Positions 39,220 through 51,399 of a stretch of DNA of 64,000 nucleotides are shown here, in pieces. Position numbers and translations under genes: made by a program. Each line of letters opens with the position of its first letter. Within the stretch, counting starts at the first letter, position 1. Under the pieces are notes generated by a model that was given only the letters and a program-made list of their open reading frames with translations, did no database searches and was not told the origin of the DNA. Source of the DNA: Dicyema japonicum (Eukaryota; Animalia; Dicyemida); contig RDEW01000024.1 in the NCBI GenBank assembly GCA_011109175.1, forward strand, positions 62,001-126,000, in the 5' to 3' direction.

Positions 39220-39932
39220 TTAAAAATTATCACTAGGATCCCCGTATTTAAAATATGTGAAAGTTCCCTTATTATCAGCAAAACTCAGATTCCAAACTAA
39301 AATCAGAGAAATCGGAACATTTCAGAGATAATTCGAAGGGAGGTATTAATTTGATTAGAAATTTGATGATCCACATTTTAGCCTGTCTGACGTCTTTGAT
39401 GTTAGCGGTGAAAAACTAAATCTAAGGTCATAGTTACAAGTGTTTTAATGCGGGGTACAATAAATCTTTGTGATCTCCAATACAGCATATCTCATCAACT
39501 TGATAAATGGCACTTTGGTGGATTTGCTTGACATTTTCGTTGTTTTGGCCCTCTCCCAGAACGATAGCTTCCTGAAATTATTTAGGGGGAGATACAGCAG
39601 TACAAGTATATCTATGAATATATCGCGCTAATAGATTTACTACGTCTTGTATAAAAATATGTCTGTCACTGTTCAGCCAGCGATCACTTCATCGTTAAAT
39701 TGATTGGTACCGGCAGTAACTGTTTATAAAGTGCTTGACTAATAGGAGATCGTAGGCTGATCCAGTTAACCCAATTACAATTTTATCAGCAATTTCCACA
39801 AATGAAGTATTACATTGATGCGCCACTAAACATTACTTGTGTTAGGATTTGATCTATCAGAGAATAACTACCGAGAAGTACTCCTGTCCCGTATTGGAAG
39901 CCGATTATAGTCCTCTCCAATGTAATTTTCAT
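39220..39932 (-). CDS. Divergent proteasome beta-subunit-like gene 1 (5 predicted introns, one unresolved frameshift)
   Basis: Spliced TIIGFQYGTGVLLVAH..IADKIVIGLTGSAYD..VVNLLARYIH..EAIVLG..CIG; introns of 46, 24, 24, 22 and 22 nt. Confidence 0.65.
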
Positions 39933-40037
39933 TTATTATATATTAATTACGCAATTTTATATTTTATTATTTTTGACAAATAATTAAATATTAATTTGAA
40001 TTACTCAGAGCATTTGACAACCCACATGTCGACCTTA

Positions 40038-40358
40038 TAACCTCGTGGCGCCATGTGGTGCTGCGTGGTTAATTGGTTGAATTTTTTTGCTTGCTTGTCT
40101 GTTCCTCCTCTCTCTTCCTATTAGAGTGGCGTCATGTGATCCACCTGTCTAGGTGACGCCCAGTGCCAGGCCGGCACGAAAAGGATCATTTGCTTTTCCC
40201 CACTCCACTGGAGGGGTTCCCACAACTGCATGTAATGGACGTCTTACCTTTTATGCTGATTCCGGATGGACTCTTTTTCTGTAGAAGTGGAAACTGGATA
40301 CACTCCATTAGTTGTTTATTTTAACTTCTTACTCGGTGTATCCGGGGTTAATAAATAA
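40038..40358 (+). mobile_element. 321-bp non-autonomous retroelement (LINE 5' leader fused to LINE 3' UTR)
   Basis: Perfect 12-bp TSD atgtcgacctta (40026-40037 and 40359-40370); excision restores the RLE frame FDNPHVDLKSSTIWLKYG; tail ccggggttaataaataa. Confidence 0.9.
40128..40188 (+). ncRNA. Pseudoknot motif copy C (HDV-ribozyme-like topology)
   Basis: GGCGTCA/TGACGCC crossed with TGATCC/GGATCA; CCT/AGG; GTGCC/GGCAC. Confidence 0.65.
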
Positions 40359-41413
40359 ATGTCGACCTTAAGTCGTCGACAATATGGCTAAAATACGGTG
40401 ACAACTCACCTCGATCGGAGGCGCTGTACACGTATATGCAAGACCGCAATATTTTTTGCGGTCGATCAACAAACATATGTCACCATTGTATCTCAAGGAG
40501 CATGACGGTTGATCATTTAGCCACTCGATGTGGATCTATGCTCTGCCACGACTATTCGTGGAGGCATAACGAGGTAGCAAGGAGTCTTCATCTTTACTAT
40601 GCAATAAGTATGGTATTTGCCACATCAGAAAGTTGCGGATTCATAAGGTGCAATATGTAGTAGAACATCAGGGTCCAAATTAAGGTAGACAGTGTTATCC
40701 GTACCTCGTAGCTAGTCAAGCACAATAAACCGGACATTTTGGTACACGATAAGGAGTCTGGCCAAGTCCTTATCATAGAGGTTGGCAGTACGTCTCAAGA
40801 CCGTTTGCAGACTGTGGAGGTGGAGCAAAAAAAAGTATGACTTGCTCGCAAACGAGATGGGGCAGATGTTTGGTTTCAATGTTAAATAAAGTTGGAAGTT
40901 TAATTTGAATTACAGTTTAATTACGTGACACCTAGTGTGACTATAAAAAAACTATTATTTGGACATTCTAAATTGAATAACTAATAATTTCCTTGTTCCT
41001 CCACAACGCAGTTCTTTCAAGTTCATTTATTTTAGTCAAGCAGGATTTGAACCGAGACAATGGTGGATTTGATGCTCACCTGTTTTAAAACTATGGTTCC
41101 TTATGTATTGCTCGCCTCGAGAAGAGTGACGGGAGGTTATACCCATCTGTGGAAGATGAAACAATATACTGGTCCAGAGCCTCATCATCAGCCCTATCTT
41201 CTGTCTAGCTTCAGACAGACGATCCATAGTTCTTCAAGAACTTCGAGTTTATGATCTCTTTAGAGTCCATGCTCATGGTGGATTTGGTTTATGTGAACCT
41301 TCGGATCTCCTATTTTTTACTTTCAAAAAGTGGAGGTTGTACTGTATTTATTGCCACAACACTAATAAATATCGAGAGAAGCATTATTAGAATAAAAACT
41401 ATCATAAAAAGCT

Positions 41414-42047
41414 CTATCTTAGTAACTTCATAAATTTCCCTTTATAGTCGTATTCGTTTAAATCCCAAACTACAATAAACACGAATAGACCCTGACATGT
41501 TTTTTCATCCAAATAACGATTCCCAGTTGTAGCCGTAATTGTATCCATGGATAGTCGAAAGGCCTCAAATGAGTTTTTAGGAGGATCAAGTAACGCTCTT
41601 TAAGTACAAAATCGTAATTACAGGGTGCTGAAAAATCCCAGCATGTCTAGACAGCCATTTCCTATGCATTCAAAGTTATTTGTGTAAGCATATCCGTTTT
41701 TGTCGAACTTGATGACTGCAAAGCCGTAGTAGTCGGCTCCTAGAATGATCGTTTCCTAAATATATGGAACACACATTACTGTATATCTTACTCGATTCAT
41801 TATGTAATCTTGGAACAAAGCGACATATGTTTTCAAATTCGTATATTGACCCTGCAAGCCCCAGTGCGATAGTTTCGGTGATTTGTGCTATCATAAAACT
41901 GTTGTTTGGACCGACTGAAATAATTAAACCACTACGGCAGGAATCAAGATTAAAGCCAATCGAATCCGAAGCAATCATTACCCCGGTTTTGTATCGAAAG
42001 GCGAACATTTTGTGTGATAGAATGATAGGTGAATATTGGGAATTCAT
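41414..42047 (-). CDS. Divergent proteasome beta-subunit-like gene 2
   Basis: FAFRYKTGVMIASDS..IALGLAGS..ETIILG..FECIGNG; three intron positions shared with 39220-39932; no catalytic TTT. Confidence 0.7.
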
Positions 42048-42239
42048 AGAGTAAAATTATTTAATATATTATTTAATAAAAAAATAATTTGATTTCAAAA
42101 TATTAACAATTTAAAAAAAATATAATAATTAATTTTCTAAAATAAATTATTTAATAAAAAGTAAGACTATTTTTAACAACAACAAGTCAGACATCAACTA
42201 CCAAGAGAGACTGTGTATTGAACGATGGCAATTTGTGGA

Positions 42240-42700
42240 TCAATTGCGTTATTTGGGTGTCCGTTTTCGATGTAGAGGAGATTATGTTGAAGGTGCCAAA
42301 ATGAAGAAAAAAGCTTATTCTACGAAAACTCGATTTGAAAAAGGAGATGTTTATTTTTATTTTTTTTAATTATTCTGGCCTTTCTCATCTACGGAAGTGA
42401 AGGATAGTATTTTTCCTCCAAGAAGAGACAGAATAACCAACCTTTTTGATAAGACTAAGAAGATGGCGATCAAGCTGGCCCTTCGTAATAAATTTAAAGA
42501 AGCACTGACCGTATACCAACCCATTAAGGATCGTAGCAGTAGAACGGATAAGGTTTTTCTTCTAAGGAAGAGGGTCAATGACACGTACTTTCAGACGAGA
42601 CTTTAAAGGTAAAGGGGGAAAACTACGAAAGAATCTAGGGGCATCGTGGCAGGAATTTTAATGAAATGTAATTTAGAGTAATGAGGAATTATATGAAAAT
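42240..42700 (+). repeat. Dispersed repeat family, copy 3 (more diverged)
   Basis: ggtgtccgtttt, gtgaaggat and tcaagctgg..cgtaa blocks. Confidence 0.7.
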
Positions 42701-43519
42701 ATTTATTTTCAAATTGACATTTAGGGTAATTGCAGCTTACTTTCCTTCAAATTTCGTCGTTCGAAAGCTTGAAGAACCGTGATTTCGAAGGGGGATACTC
42801 TATTTTTCATATGGTGGGTAATATTTTTTTGTGCTAGAAAGCACTCGATTCCAAATACCTCCTGATTCCACATACATCGTCCTTGTAGTGCAATTCCTGA
42901 ATGTGTTCAACAGCGTCTTCTATTGTGAAAAAAAGGTTTCTTCTGGCTTCTTTATTGACTCACATATACAGTCATATTGACATAATATTGCTGGTAAATT
43001 TGTACAATTATCTGACAATTATCTCGAGTTAGCCTGAGAAGACAGTGGGCACCATGATACTGAAACTATTTTATTGAGTTCAGAAATTCTTCCTATAAGA
43101 GCATTGACATATTTCTGTCTCCGAATATCAGTTTCGTCAAAAAATTCAGTTGTATTATAAATGCAAATAAAACCTCAGTCACTGGCATAAATTTTCTACA
43201 CTTTTTCGGGAAGCATAAGTGGAAAGAAAATGATATCAAACAAGTCTCATAAGTTTTACAGTTCAACTTATGCAAGGAAATATTAGATTTGACAAAAGCC
43301 TTAGTTACCTTATCGTCCCACGAATTTCAATATAGATTTCCTTGAGTTGATAGAAAATTCATCAGGACATTTAATAACAACAGACTTAAATTTTTGGTGT
43401 CACGCGGTATTACTGTAAATAAGGATAATTGATCGCACGCTAGTATTTTATTTAAAAACTCACCAAAGTAACTCTTTGATCCTGACTCGTTCCAGATTCC
43501 AGAACTTGTCTCCAGGTAG

Positions 43520-43680
43520 CGAAATTGTCCCCCGGGCAAAGAATAGTTAAATCCTCATGATGCCGGCCAGGCATTGGGCGTCTCCTCACTAAGGTGGATT
43601 CAATGACGCCATCGAAAGGAAGGAAAATAATTTTGGACTAACTAGCCACATAGTACCACATGGCTTCACGCGGCCATATT
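43520..43680 (-). mobile_element. 5' leader of the same LINE family, including pseudoknot copy D (43549-43610)
   Basis: Reverse complement aligns to 40040-40200 with compensatory changes. Confidence 0.75.
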
Positions 43681-43837
43681 AAAATTAAAAAATAAAAATC
43701 ATTAAATTTTTTGACTTTTAATTGACAAATATTGCCCCAATCATCACTTAAGGTATACTATTGGTGTGGACAGTCTTCCACTCAAGGAAGAGTCCTCAGT
43801 GAATCTGGAATTGTGACCTTACCGACAAAGAAAGAAG

Positions 43838-44400
43838 GTTATCCGTACCTCGGTGCTAGTCAAGCACAATAAACCGGACATTGTGAGAACACCAGGGTCC
43901 AAATTAAGGTAGACAGTGTTATCCGTACCTCGGTGCTAGTCAAGCACAATAAACCGGACATTGTGGTACACGATAAGGAGTCTGGCCAAATCTTTATCAT
44001 AAAGGCTGGCATCACGTCTCAAGACTGTTTGTAGACTGTAGAGGAGAAGAAAAAAAGGAAATATAACTTGCTTGCAAACGAGATGGGGCAGATGTTTGGT
44101 TGCAAGGTCCTTGTTATTCCTATAGTAATGACGTGGGAAGGAATTGCAACAAAGTACCGGGTTATCTGAAGCAGTTGGGGGTAGATAATAAGCTCCAGGC
44201 CTATCTACAGTCCACTGTATTAAAGAGATCTCTGAGATGCCACATGGGCAGAGGGTTCAATTGGACAAACCGCTTTCGGAGTTGTTTCAGCAACCAGAAT
44301 CGAACCTGCCTGTGGAGGCTGGCGAACAGGCAGGCGAGGAAGGTGTTGATTATTAAATATTAACTTTTTATTGTTTGTTAAATAAAGTGGGATTTAAATT
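43838..44400 (+). mobile_element. 5'-truncated RLE LINE, closely related to 40660-40880
   Basis: High visible identity; HNKPDIVVHDK, KYNLLANEMG, IPIVMTWEG. Confidence 0.9.
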
Positions 44401-45097
44401 AAATTCATTATTTTATAAGCCAGTTGAATGTTTGTGGGAATTCATTGAAGCCAACCAAATTACCGAGATTTGGTATCAACAAGATACAGGGACGTTTTGT
44501 CAACAATGAATGGAAGAAGTTTTCGTCAAATTGGTGGCCTTCCACTGCAGTCACCTTACGGCTTTACAAGACCATGTGAAAGAATCGGAAGTTCGGCTTT
44601 GTCGCAGTCCCATTCTCTTCTCAGTCTAGATTTGCTTTAGAGTTCTGCTTCACACTAGATATGCCTGATTGGTTGTGTGGACTAAGCTTTTTATTGTTTT
44701 TTTTGTAAGATGATGGTGTATTTACATGAAAGGACTGGGGGTTCTGAAATAAAATGATTATACCATTAACGCATCGAGTGGACACGGTGCCTCGAGGACC
44801 CGAAAGATAGGAATTCTAATTGCTTTTCACATTCTCCTGTATCTTCGATCCATTCGTTAGAACTATTCATTATGGATGCATCGATTACGTTGTGCGGAAA
44901 AGATGTTATTGGGATGTTATTATGCTCCAAACTGGAGAACTTTGGGAAACTTTATTTGGAGACAACTCTTCAAGTATTTATCGAGGAACTGGATGACATT
45001 TCTCAATGTCTTTGATATTCTTTGAATAAATTAACATTACTGTTCTTACTTCTCAAAATCAAGAATAAGACTATGCTTTGAATTCGCATGTAGACAA

Positions 45098-45400
45098 GAA
45101 TAGCTTTTGTACAACATGAAATGAAAAAGAATCTCAAATGGACTCAAGTAATATCGAGAGACTCTGTAATGCACACCATTTTTCCAAGTAGTGTAGAATA
45201 ACTTTTGTAAATCATGAAGTGATCAAGAATCTCAAATGGAATCCAATAAGAAGGTGTATACTTCAAAATTCGCAAGTGTCGAATAACTTTTGTACATCAT
45301 GAAGTGATCATGAATCTCAAATGGACTCCAGTAATATGGATAGGTGTATGCTTCGAATTTGAAATTACTGTAGAATACCCTTTGTACAGCATGAAATAAT
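45098..45400. repeat. Tandem repeat, ~85-98-bp period, ~3.3 units
   Basis: gaataacttttgtacatcatgaa-like starts at 45098, 45196, 45281 and 45373. Confidence 0.85.
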
Positions 45401-45898
45401 CTATAACAGGTTTAAAGTGGGTTTTACCAAAAGCAAAGTGGAATATAAAATAATTTTTGTTTTGTGTGAGCCGTGTGCAAAAAATGAAAAATTTCGAGAT
45501 CAATCGCAAAAGTAACTAAGCAAAAACCTATATATTCGCATGTCTGCGCAAATAAAAAAGTCTGAAGTTGCAATTAAGAAAAATCTTATTATCGGGGACA
45601 ATGAGGGAGATGGTGACTGGAGGGAACTTGCAAATTCTCTCGATGTTCCAAAACTACTGTTTCTGTAGAAGTGGAAACTGGATACACTTAATTAGTTGTT
45701 TACTTTAACTTCTTTCTTAGTGTATTTGGGCTTAATAAATAAACAGTGACGATTTATCAGACTGTGACATAATATTCAACAACTTCCCAGTTTGGTCGTA
45801 ACTATTTTAGGTAGAATTCAATAAATTTTTCTTTTTTTGTCTAAGAAATAAAAAGATCAACGTCTTAAAAATATCCTCTGATTTTTGGATAAGAGTTG

Positions 45899-47420
45899 TT
45901 AAGCTTTGTAAACTTTAATGTTCAATTTATGCAAGGTCGGAGGGAGAGAGGCTATCGACACAGGTGGTGTTCCAGGCAAGGTATTTACCATTTTCCATGA
46001 GAAGAGTGGTTCCGTCCGGTCTTCGGATGGCTTGAGCAAGTCCAAGCGGCTCCAATTGGACAGGCAATCCAGCAGCCTCAAGTTCCCAAGCATTAACTCC
46101 GTTGATTCGCGGCGTGTCTTGAACTCCTTCCAGCACTCCTCCGGCAGGAAAGAGCGTAACACCATTCGCGTCGACCATTCTTCACATCTACACCGATATT
46201 TGTGCAAAAATCTTCTGAGGCGGACGGAAATCCCAATCCTCGTCGCGTCGTCATCCAATAGTGTCCCAAGTGAAGTGCATGGTAATCCTCTGAGCCAGGC
46301 TCCACTCACGTTCGTCGATGCAGAATCCTGACGATGCTGATCAAGCACAGGTTTTATCTTTTCTATGCTCTTTGAGCATAAAAGCTTGTCTCATTCTCGT
46401 TGTTTATTAGCGTTCTTCGGGAATCCAGTACCCAGTCGCGTCCAGACTTCCCTAGTCATGCATACTACTGGTTAAGCGTCCGATCCGTTAATGTATCGTA
46501 GGATCTGGCGTGTGAGAACACTGGAAGCATATTTAGGATAGGAAAGCTTGTAGAGCGAGTTCTAGTTGTGAGCGTATTCCGATTCCGCCGTGGCGAAGAG
46601 GTAGTTTGTACTGGATCCAACCAGTTTTATCAAAAGAAATGTTGAGCGTTTTTTTAACGGCAGTCTTCAGCTTCTTGTCAATGGCTCTCAAAAAATTCAT
46701 GTCTGTAAAACATAGGGCTGTCCGTAGAAGAAAAGGAAGTTGAAATTTCTTGAGGAAGAATAAAGACACTTTGGAGTCCAGGGTTTGTAGATTTGATGTA
46801 AAATTATTTTTGCCTCCAGGAAAGCTGACACGTTATTACAATATAGAGGAGAGCCAAGAAAAATTGCATTTTCGAGTTGGGTAACTGAAATATACGCGGA
46901 AATAAGTAGAAATAGCAGCCACTGCACTGCAAAGTATTCCTCTACGCAAGCGACGTTTATAATTTCACATTTATACGGGTTCGGTTTCTAACCCAAGTGC
47001 AGAGATGGCGGACTCGACTTTTGCCACCACAAGTTCCCAATTACCTCCAACGGTCGCGTCGTTTAAGTACATAGGTTCAATAGAGTTCGCATCGTCGATG
47101 CTGCATAATCGATACCCAAGGCGAAGAGCAGGGGGACACCTTGTTAAACTCCAATCTTGGATTTGATGATGTGTTGGCCGAATATCAGCGTACATGGGGA
47201 GCCATATGCAAGTTTCACCATCCTCTGATTTCCGGGATCCTGAGATGCTAGCTTCAATGATTCTGTCTCTGCGAATGCTATTGAAAACATTGCGGATGTC
47301 CAGTTTGACTATTATAGCATTCGTAGTGTCTGGCGGAACTGGTAGCAAAGTTCCTGAATTGAGTGATTAGTTGGGGACTTAGAGTCTTGCTCGCTGCTCT
47401 GACGGCAATCTTCGCTGTCA
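45899..47420 (-). mobile_element. CRE-like non-LTR retrotransposon (RT + RLE), degenerate
   Basis: VKLDIRNVFNSIRR, YLNDATVGG, FLGSPL, LPLRHGGIGIR, SGAWLRGLP, RPDG. Confidence 0.9.
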
Positions 47421-49009
47421 GTTGATTTTATATATAGAATTTATTTTAATGTTTTGCTTGGAAGCACTTGAAACCTATTCTATAAGATAATTATGAATAT
47501 TCCATCCATTGTTGGAAAATTCCATAACGATAAAATTTGCCAACCAAAAAATGGATGGTCGAGTGACTGTTTGCAGAGATTTGAATCTTGTTCTAGTTGT
47601 CTGCGATCGGATTCCGGTGATGTGTGGTTTTTTGATGTCTTTAGGTCGCAAGAAGGGATATTTTTGTATGCCGACTGATCCAAAGTGCATTGTCCGGGAA
47701 GCGGAGGTCGAAAATGAACTCGCTAGGGAGGAATTATTATAGAAAGTAATATTTCCTATTTTTTGGATTTCTCAAATGTTGAAAATCATCATCACAATTA
47801 ATTAACATATTTAATATTGTATGCTCATTTTCCACTTATGAGAAATTTTGTATTAATGATAGCAGACGATTCGCAGAAATCAAGAGACGAGTACGCAACG
47901 AAAGGGATGGAGAAGGCTAGCGTAAAGGATAGTCGAAAAACATGGAACAAGCGAAACCATAAACAGAGTTCATTGCTAACGCGTATGTACTTTGACTAAC
48001 TAACTAGTTGTATTCATTTGACTTCTTTTTCGGTGTATCCAGGATTAATAATTATAAAATTCAAGGATATGAGTCACTTAATGCAAGCTACAAATCTGAG
48101 GACTTATCTATTTTCGATTAACATAATATTATTTACGCATATTATTTTTTTCATTGATGACGTTTCATGGAGTGCTACGACTTGATCGACAACCATGGAG
48201 TGAAAATCAACAAAATAATCGAAAAATTAAGTAATCATTGATCTTAACAAAATAGAAAGTTTTAATGACGAAAGATTTAATATAATTTTGTAAGCTGACT
48301 CCATTCTGATAACTCTGTTCAAAAATATAAAGAAAACGTTTTGAGTATTCACAACGCGATGCTCGAGTATGATGCTTGCCTTTGGATTCATAATATCCCC
48401 ACCACTGTTGAGATTCAAAAATATTTTTATCATAACTCTGTTGCAGGATCGATAACATATTTCGATGACTAACACCTGGCTACATCCGCGACGGCCTAAA
48501 TAACACAAATGTGCAACCTTTCAATTAACGAGAATAAGATTCCGTCAATATGGAAAAAATCTCTGATACACCCTATTCTGAAGAAAAACAATCGAAGATA
48601 CATTGCAGAAGAAGAAATGGTGGAAAAATCATTAGTTGTTGGAGATTCAGTTATTATACGGATGGATTCCGATTTGAAAACATCGAGGTGAAAAAACTCA
48701 CTGTAGTAACATTCTTTTAGCAATAATGATAATTTCTTGGAAAATCTTCAAAATAACATGGAAAAAATTGACAATAAGTATCGAAAAATCAAACAGTAGA
48801 GAATAATCCATATTTATAGGTTACCGAAATATATATTAGACATTTGATAACAGCCTTCAACACTATTTGATTATCCGATAATTCATATAATATATAACAA
48901 AATATATTGCAATACAACAGAAAAAGACGATAAGAAAAAAAGGAAACGACCTCAACAGCATGGAAATCACACGCCGAATAATGTACTATTCTATTGAAAG
49001 TTTTATTAT

Positions 49010-49415
49010 ATATTATTATTACCCCCAGGATCACTGGGTCAAAGAGAAAGAAATAAAAGTTCTCATCTAACTAAGTGATCCCAGACCGACAAAGGTGAGG
49101 ACGAGTCCGGCGGGGTCGAGAATCCTGAACAGCTCTTCTCATAGGACATGGCATCGGCTCACAATTTCTGTATGATTGTAGATAATTCGATAGTATTTGG
49201 GATAGAGGGCAGCTCGGTAGAACAGCCTCCTTTAATAGTTTTCGTTGTATTTCAATTAAAAATTTTCAATAGGTTGGATGTTGTGATCTGGTCCAATTAA
49301 CCTCATTGCAGTCTCCTCGATTGCAGATAACTTCAATGTGGAAGATCGTGACATTTGCATTGCCCATGAAGGACTTGCATACATTTGCATTGCCTATAAT
49401 GTGGAAGATCGTGAC
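49010..49415 (-). mobile_element. 5'-truncated CCHC-LINE, close relative of 34860-35220
   Basis: Near-identical cccccaggatcactgggt..aaataaaagttctcatctaactaagtgatcc. Confidence 0.9.
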
Positions 49416-49539
49416 TATTGAAAGTTTGCTATATTGTAAAACAATTTTTAAACAAATAAAATAAATTAATTAATAATTTATCTATAATTTAAGTCGCCTA
49501 TTATTTATTTATTTATTAACCCCGGATAAGACGATCAAA

Positions 49540-50226
49540 AGAGAAGACGATATTACTCATGAAAGATGGAGACGTACTAATAAGCTCGGCTCTCTACTAG
49601 GAGACTCTGAAGATGTACTAAGGAGGAAAACACTGGCAAATGCGGCAATGGCTAAACTGAAGAAAGGATGGCTAAGGGCCAAAGGACTTGGAATTGACAT
49701 CAGATGCAGGCTCTACAACGCGTTTGTAAAACCGATCCTACTGTATAACGCTGGGACATGGGGAAGTTCCTTCAAAGAACTATCAAAACTGGATTCGTTC
49801 CATAGAAGGCAACTAAAAAGCTTACTCGGAATGGAGTGGCCACGTAGAATATCAACCACTGGTATCTACAACAAGTGTATGTGTTCTTACATCAGCAAGG
49901 ATGTGATAGATGCCCGGTGGAGGCTATTTGGGCATGTACTAAGAATGAACCCGGACGCACCCGCTAACAAAGCGATGGAAGATTACTTTGACAGATGCGA
50001 AAACCCCTTCGCGGACGACCTAGATCGACACTTCCGACAGCCCTAAACAAAGACTTAAATCGTGTGAGAAAAAATCTAAAGACGGGAGACGACCTGGACG
50101 AATTGAGATCACTCGCATTCGACAGAGGAAGATAGAAAAGACTAACTATAAATATTGTTTATTTGAGTGTTGCACATGCGGGGCTATAATCATTATGGCT
50201 TTCGTGAAAGTGCTTTAATAATAATA
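49540..50226 (+). mobile_element. 5'-truncated RTE
   Basis: KLGSLLGDSEDV, RLYNAFVKPILLYNAGTW, (TAA)n tail. Confidence 0.9.
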
Positions 50227-51399
50227 AAAAGATGGGAGTGCATCGATCAAAATATAAATTTAATATTGGAGATAGTGTATTCAGCTTTCAATTACTTAAA
50301 AAGTTCGTATTCAGAAAGACTATGGAACTAATCCTTCACTACGTCTGCAAAGATTTGAGCATCCCTACGGAGATGCTGTCACCATTGCTGCAAAATTGTT
50401 AACAATTTTGTAAATGCTAAAGATAGTGATGTAGTTGTGAAGAAAATGCATTCTAAACGCCTTAAAAAGTAATTATCAATGATTATTTAGTGTTTGCTTA
50501 GAAATAATTGATTTTTTTTATTTTTTGACATGATTGACATTGATTAGCTATCAAGGTAACGTCTGTGGCTCGGTAATTGTTGTGGCTCGCGACAAAGAAA
50601 TTAATTCCCCAAATAGAGGTGCAATTTTGAATAATTTTTCATACTTTTGGTAGAAAAATTTATAGAGCACTCCCAAAACGTTGTTTTACCCAAAAATAGA
50701 GATACTGTATCTCGGAGATGTGCTTCAAATAGAGGCCGGACTGTATCCTATTCATTGAAAATCATTTTTTCCAGTTAACTGTAAACTGATTTTTATTCCC
50801 GCACTCCTAACGCAAATCAGTCACTTCTCCTACCACAACCAGTGTAGTGTCCTCATAATAATCACACCAGTTCCACAAATTTATTGAAAGTAGTAATGAA
50901 TCCATCACCAGGGACCGTAATCCAATACCTATGCTCGTTGATCATACTTTCGATAGTTTTGACTGGATGTACTGTATTATTATCTAACACCGAAGAGGCA
51001 ACACGAAAAAAGGAATTAAATCAACTAATTAAGTGATCCCGGTAGACTCAACAGGATCGAGAACTTTTTGCTGAGCTTCTACATACAACCCACAGCTTTT
51101 CTGAACTCACGACGATCCTCATTGATGAGAATTTGGAGGCGTGGGTTTTTCGCCAATTTACGTGTCTTTCGCTGATTGTTGAAGCGATCGGACTACTACC
51201 CACGAGAGTGATGAAGTCGAAACCATTATTCCGGATTGCCGCGTTGTCGAGTAATGAGAGAAATAATTGAGCAGATATAATTTTTTAAACATTTTGAGAC
51301 AATTCCTTGTCGCATTAATATTTTTTAAACGATAAAACGATTTTATGATTAATTTTAAATAAAATAAAAAATAAAAAAAATTTAAATAAATTATTTATA

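Larger units (their letters stand above)
40005..40900 (+). mobile_element. R2/NeSL-group (RLE) LINE 3' part
   Basis: WLKYGD..QDRN, CHHC, DHLATRC, RHNEV, HNKPDI, IIEVG, KKYD. Confidence 0.9.

Noticed and set aside
44820-45020. Voltage-gated channel fragment (FDPFV.LFI; NVFDIL)
   Set aside because: Only two short motifs in broken frames; insufficient support
47509-47742. RRM- or CCCH-like gene fragment
   Set aside because: Motif resemblance too short to assign
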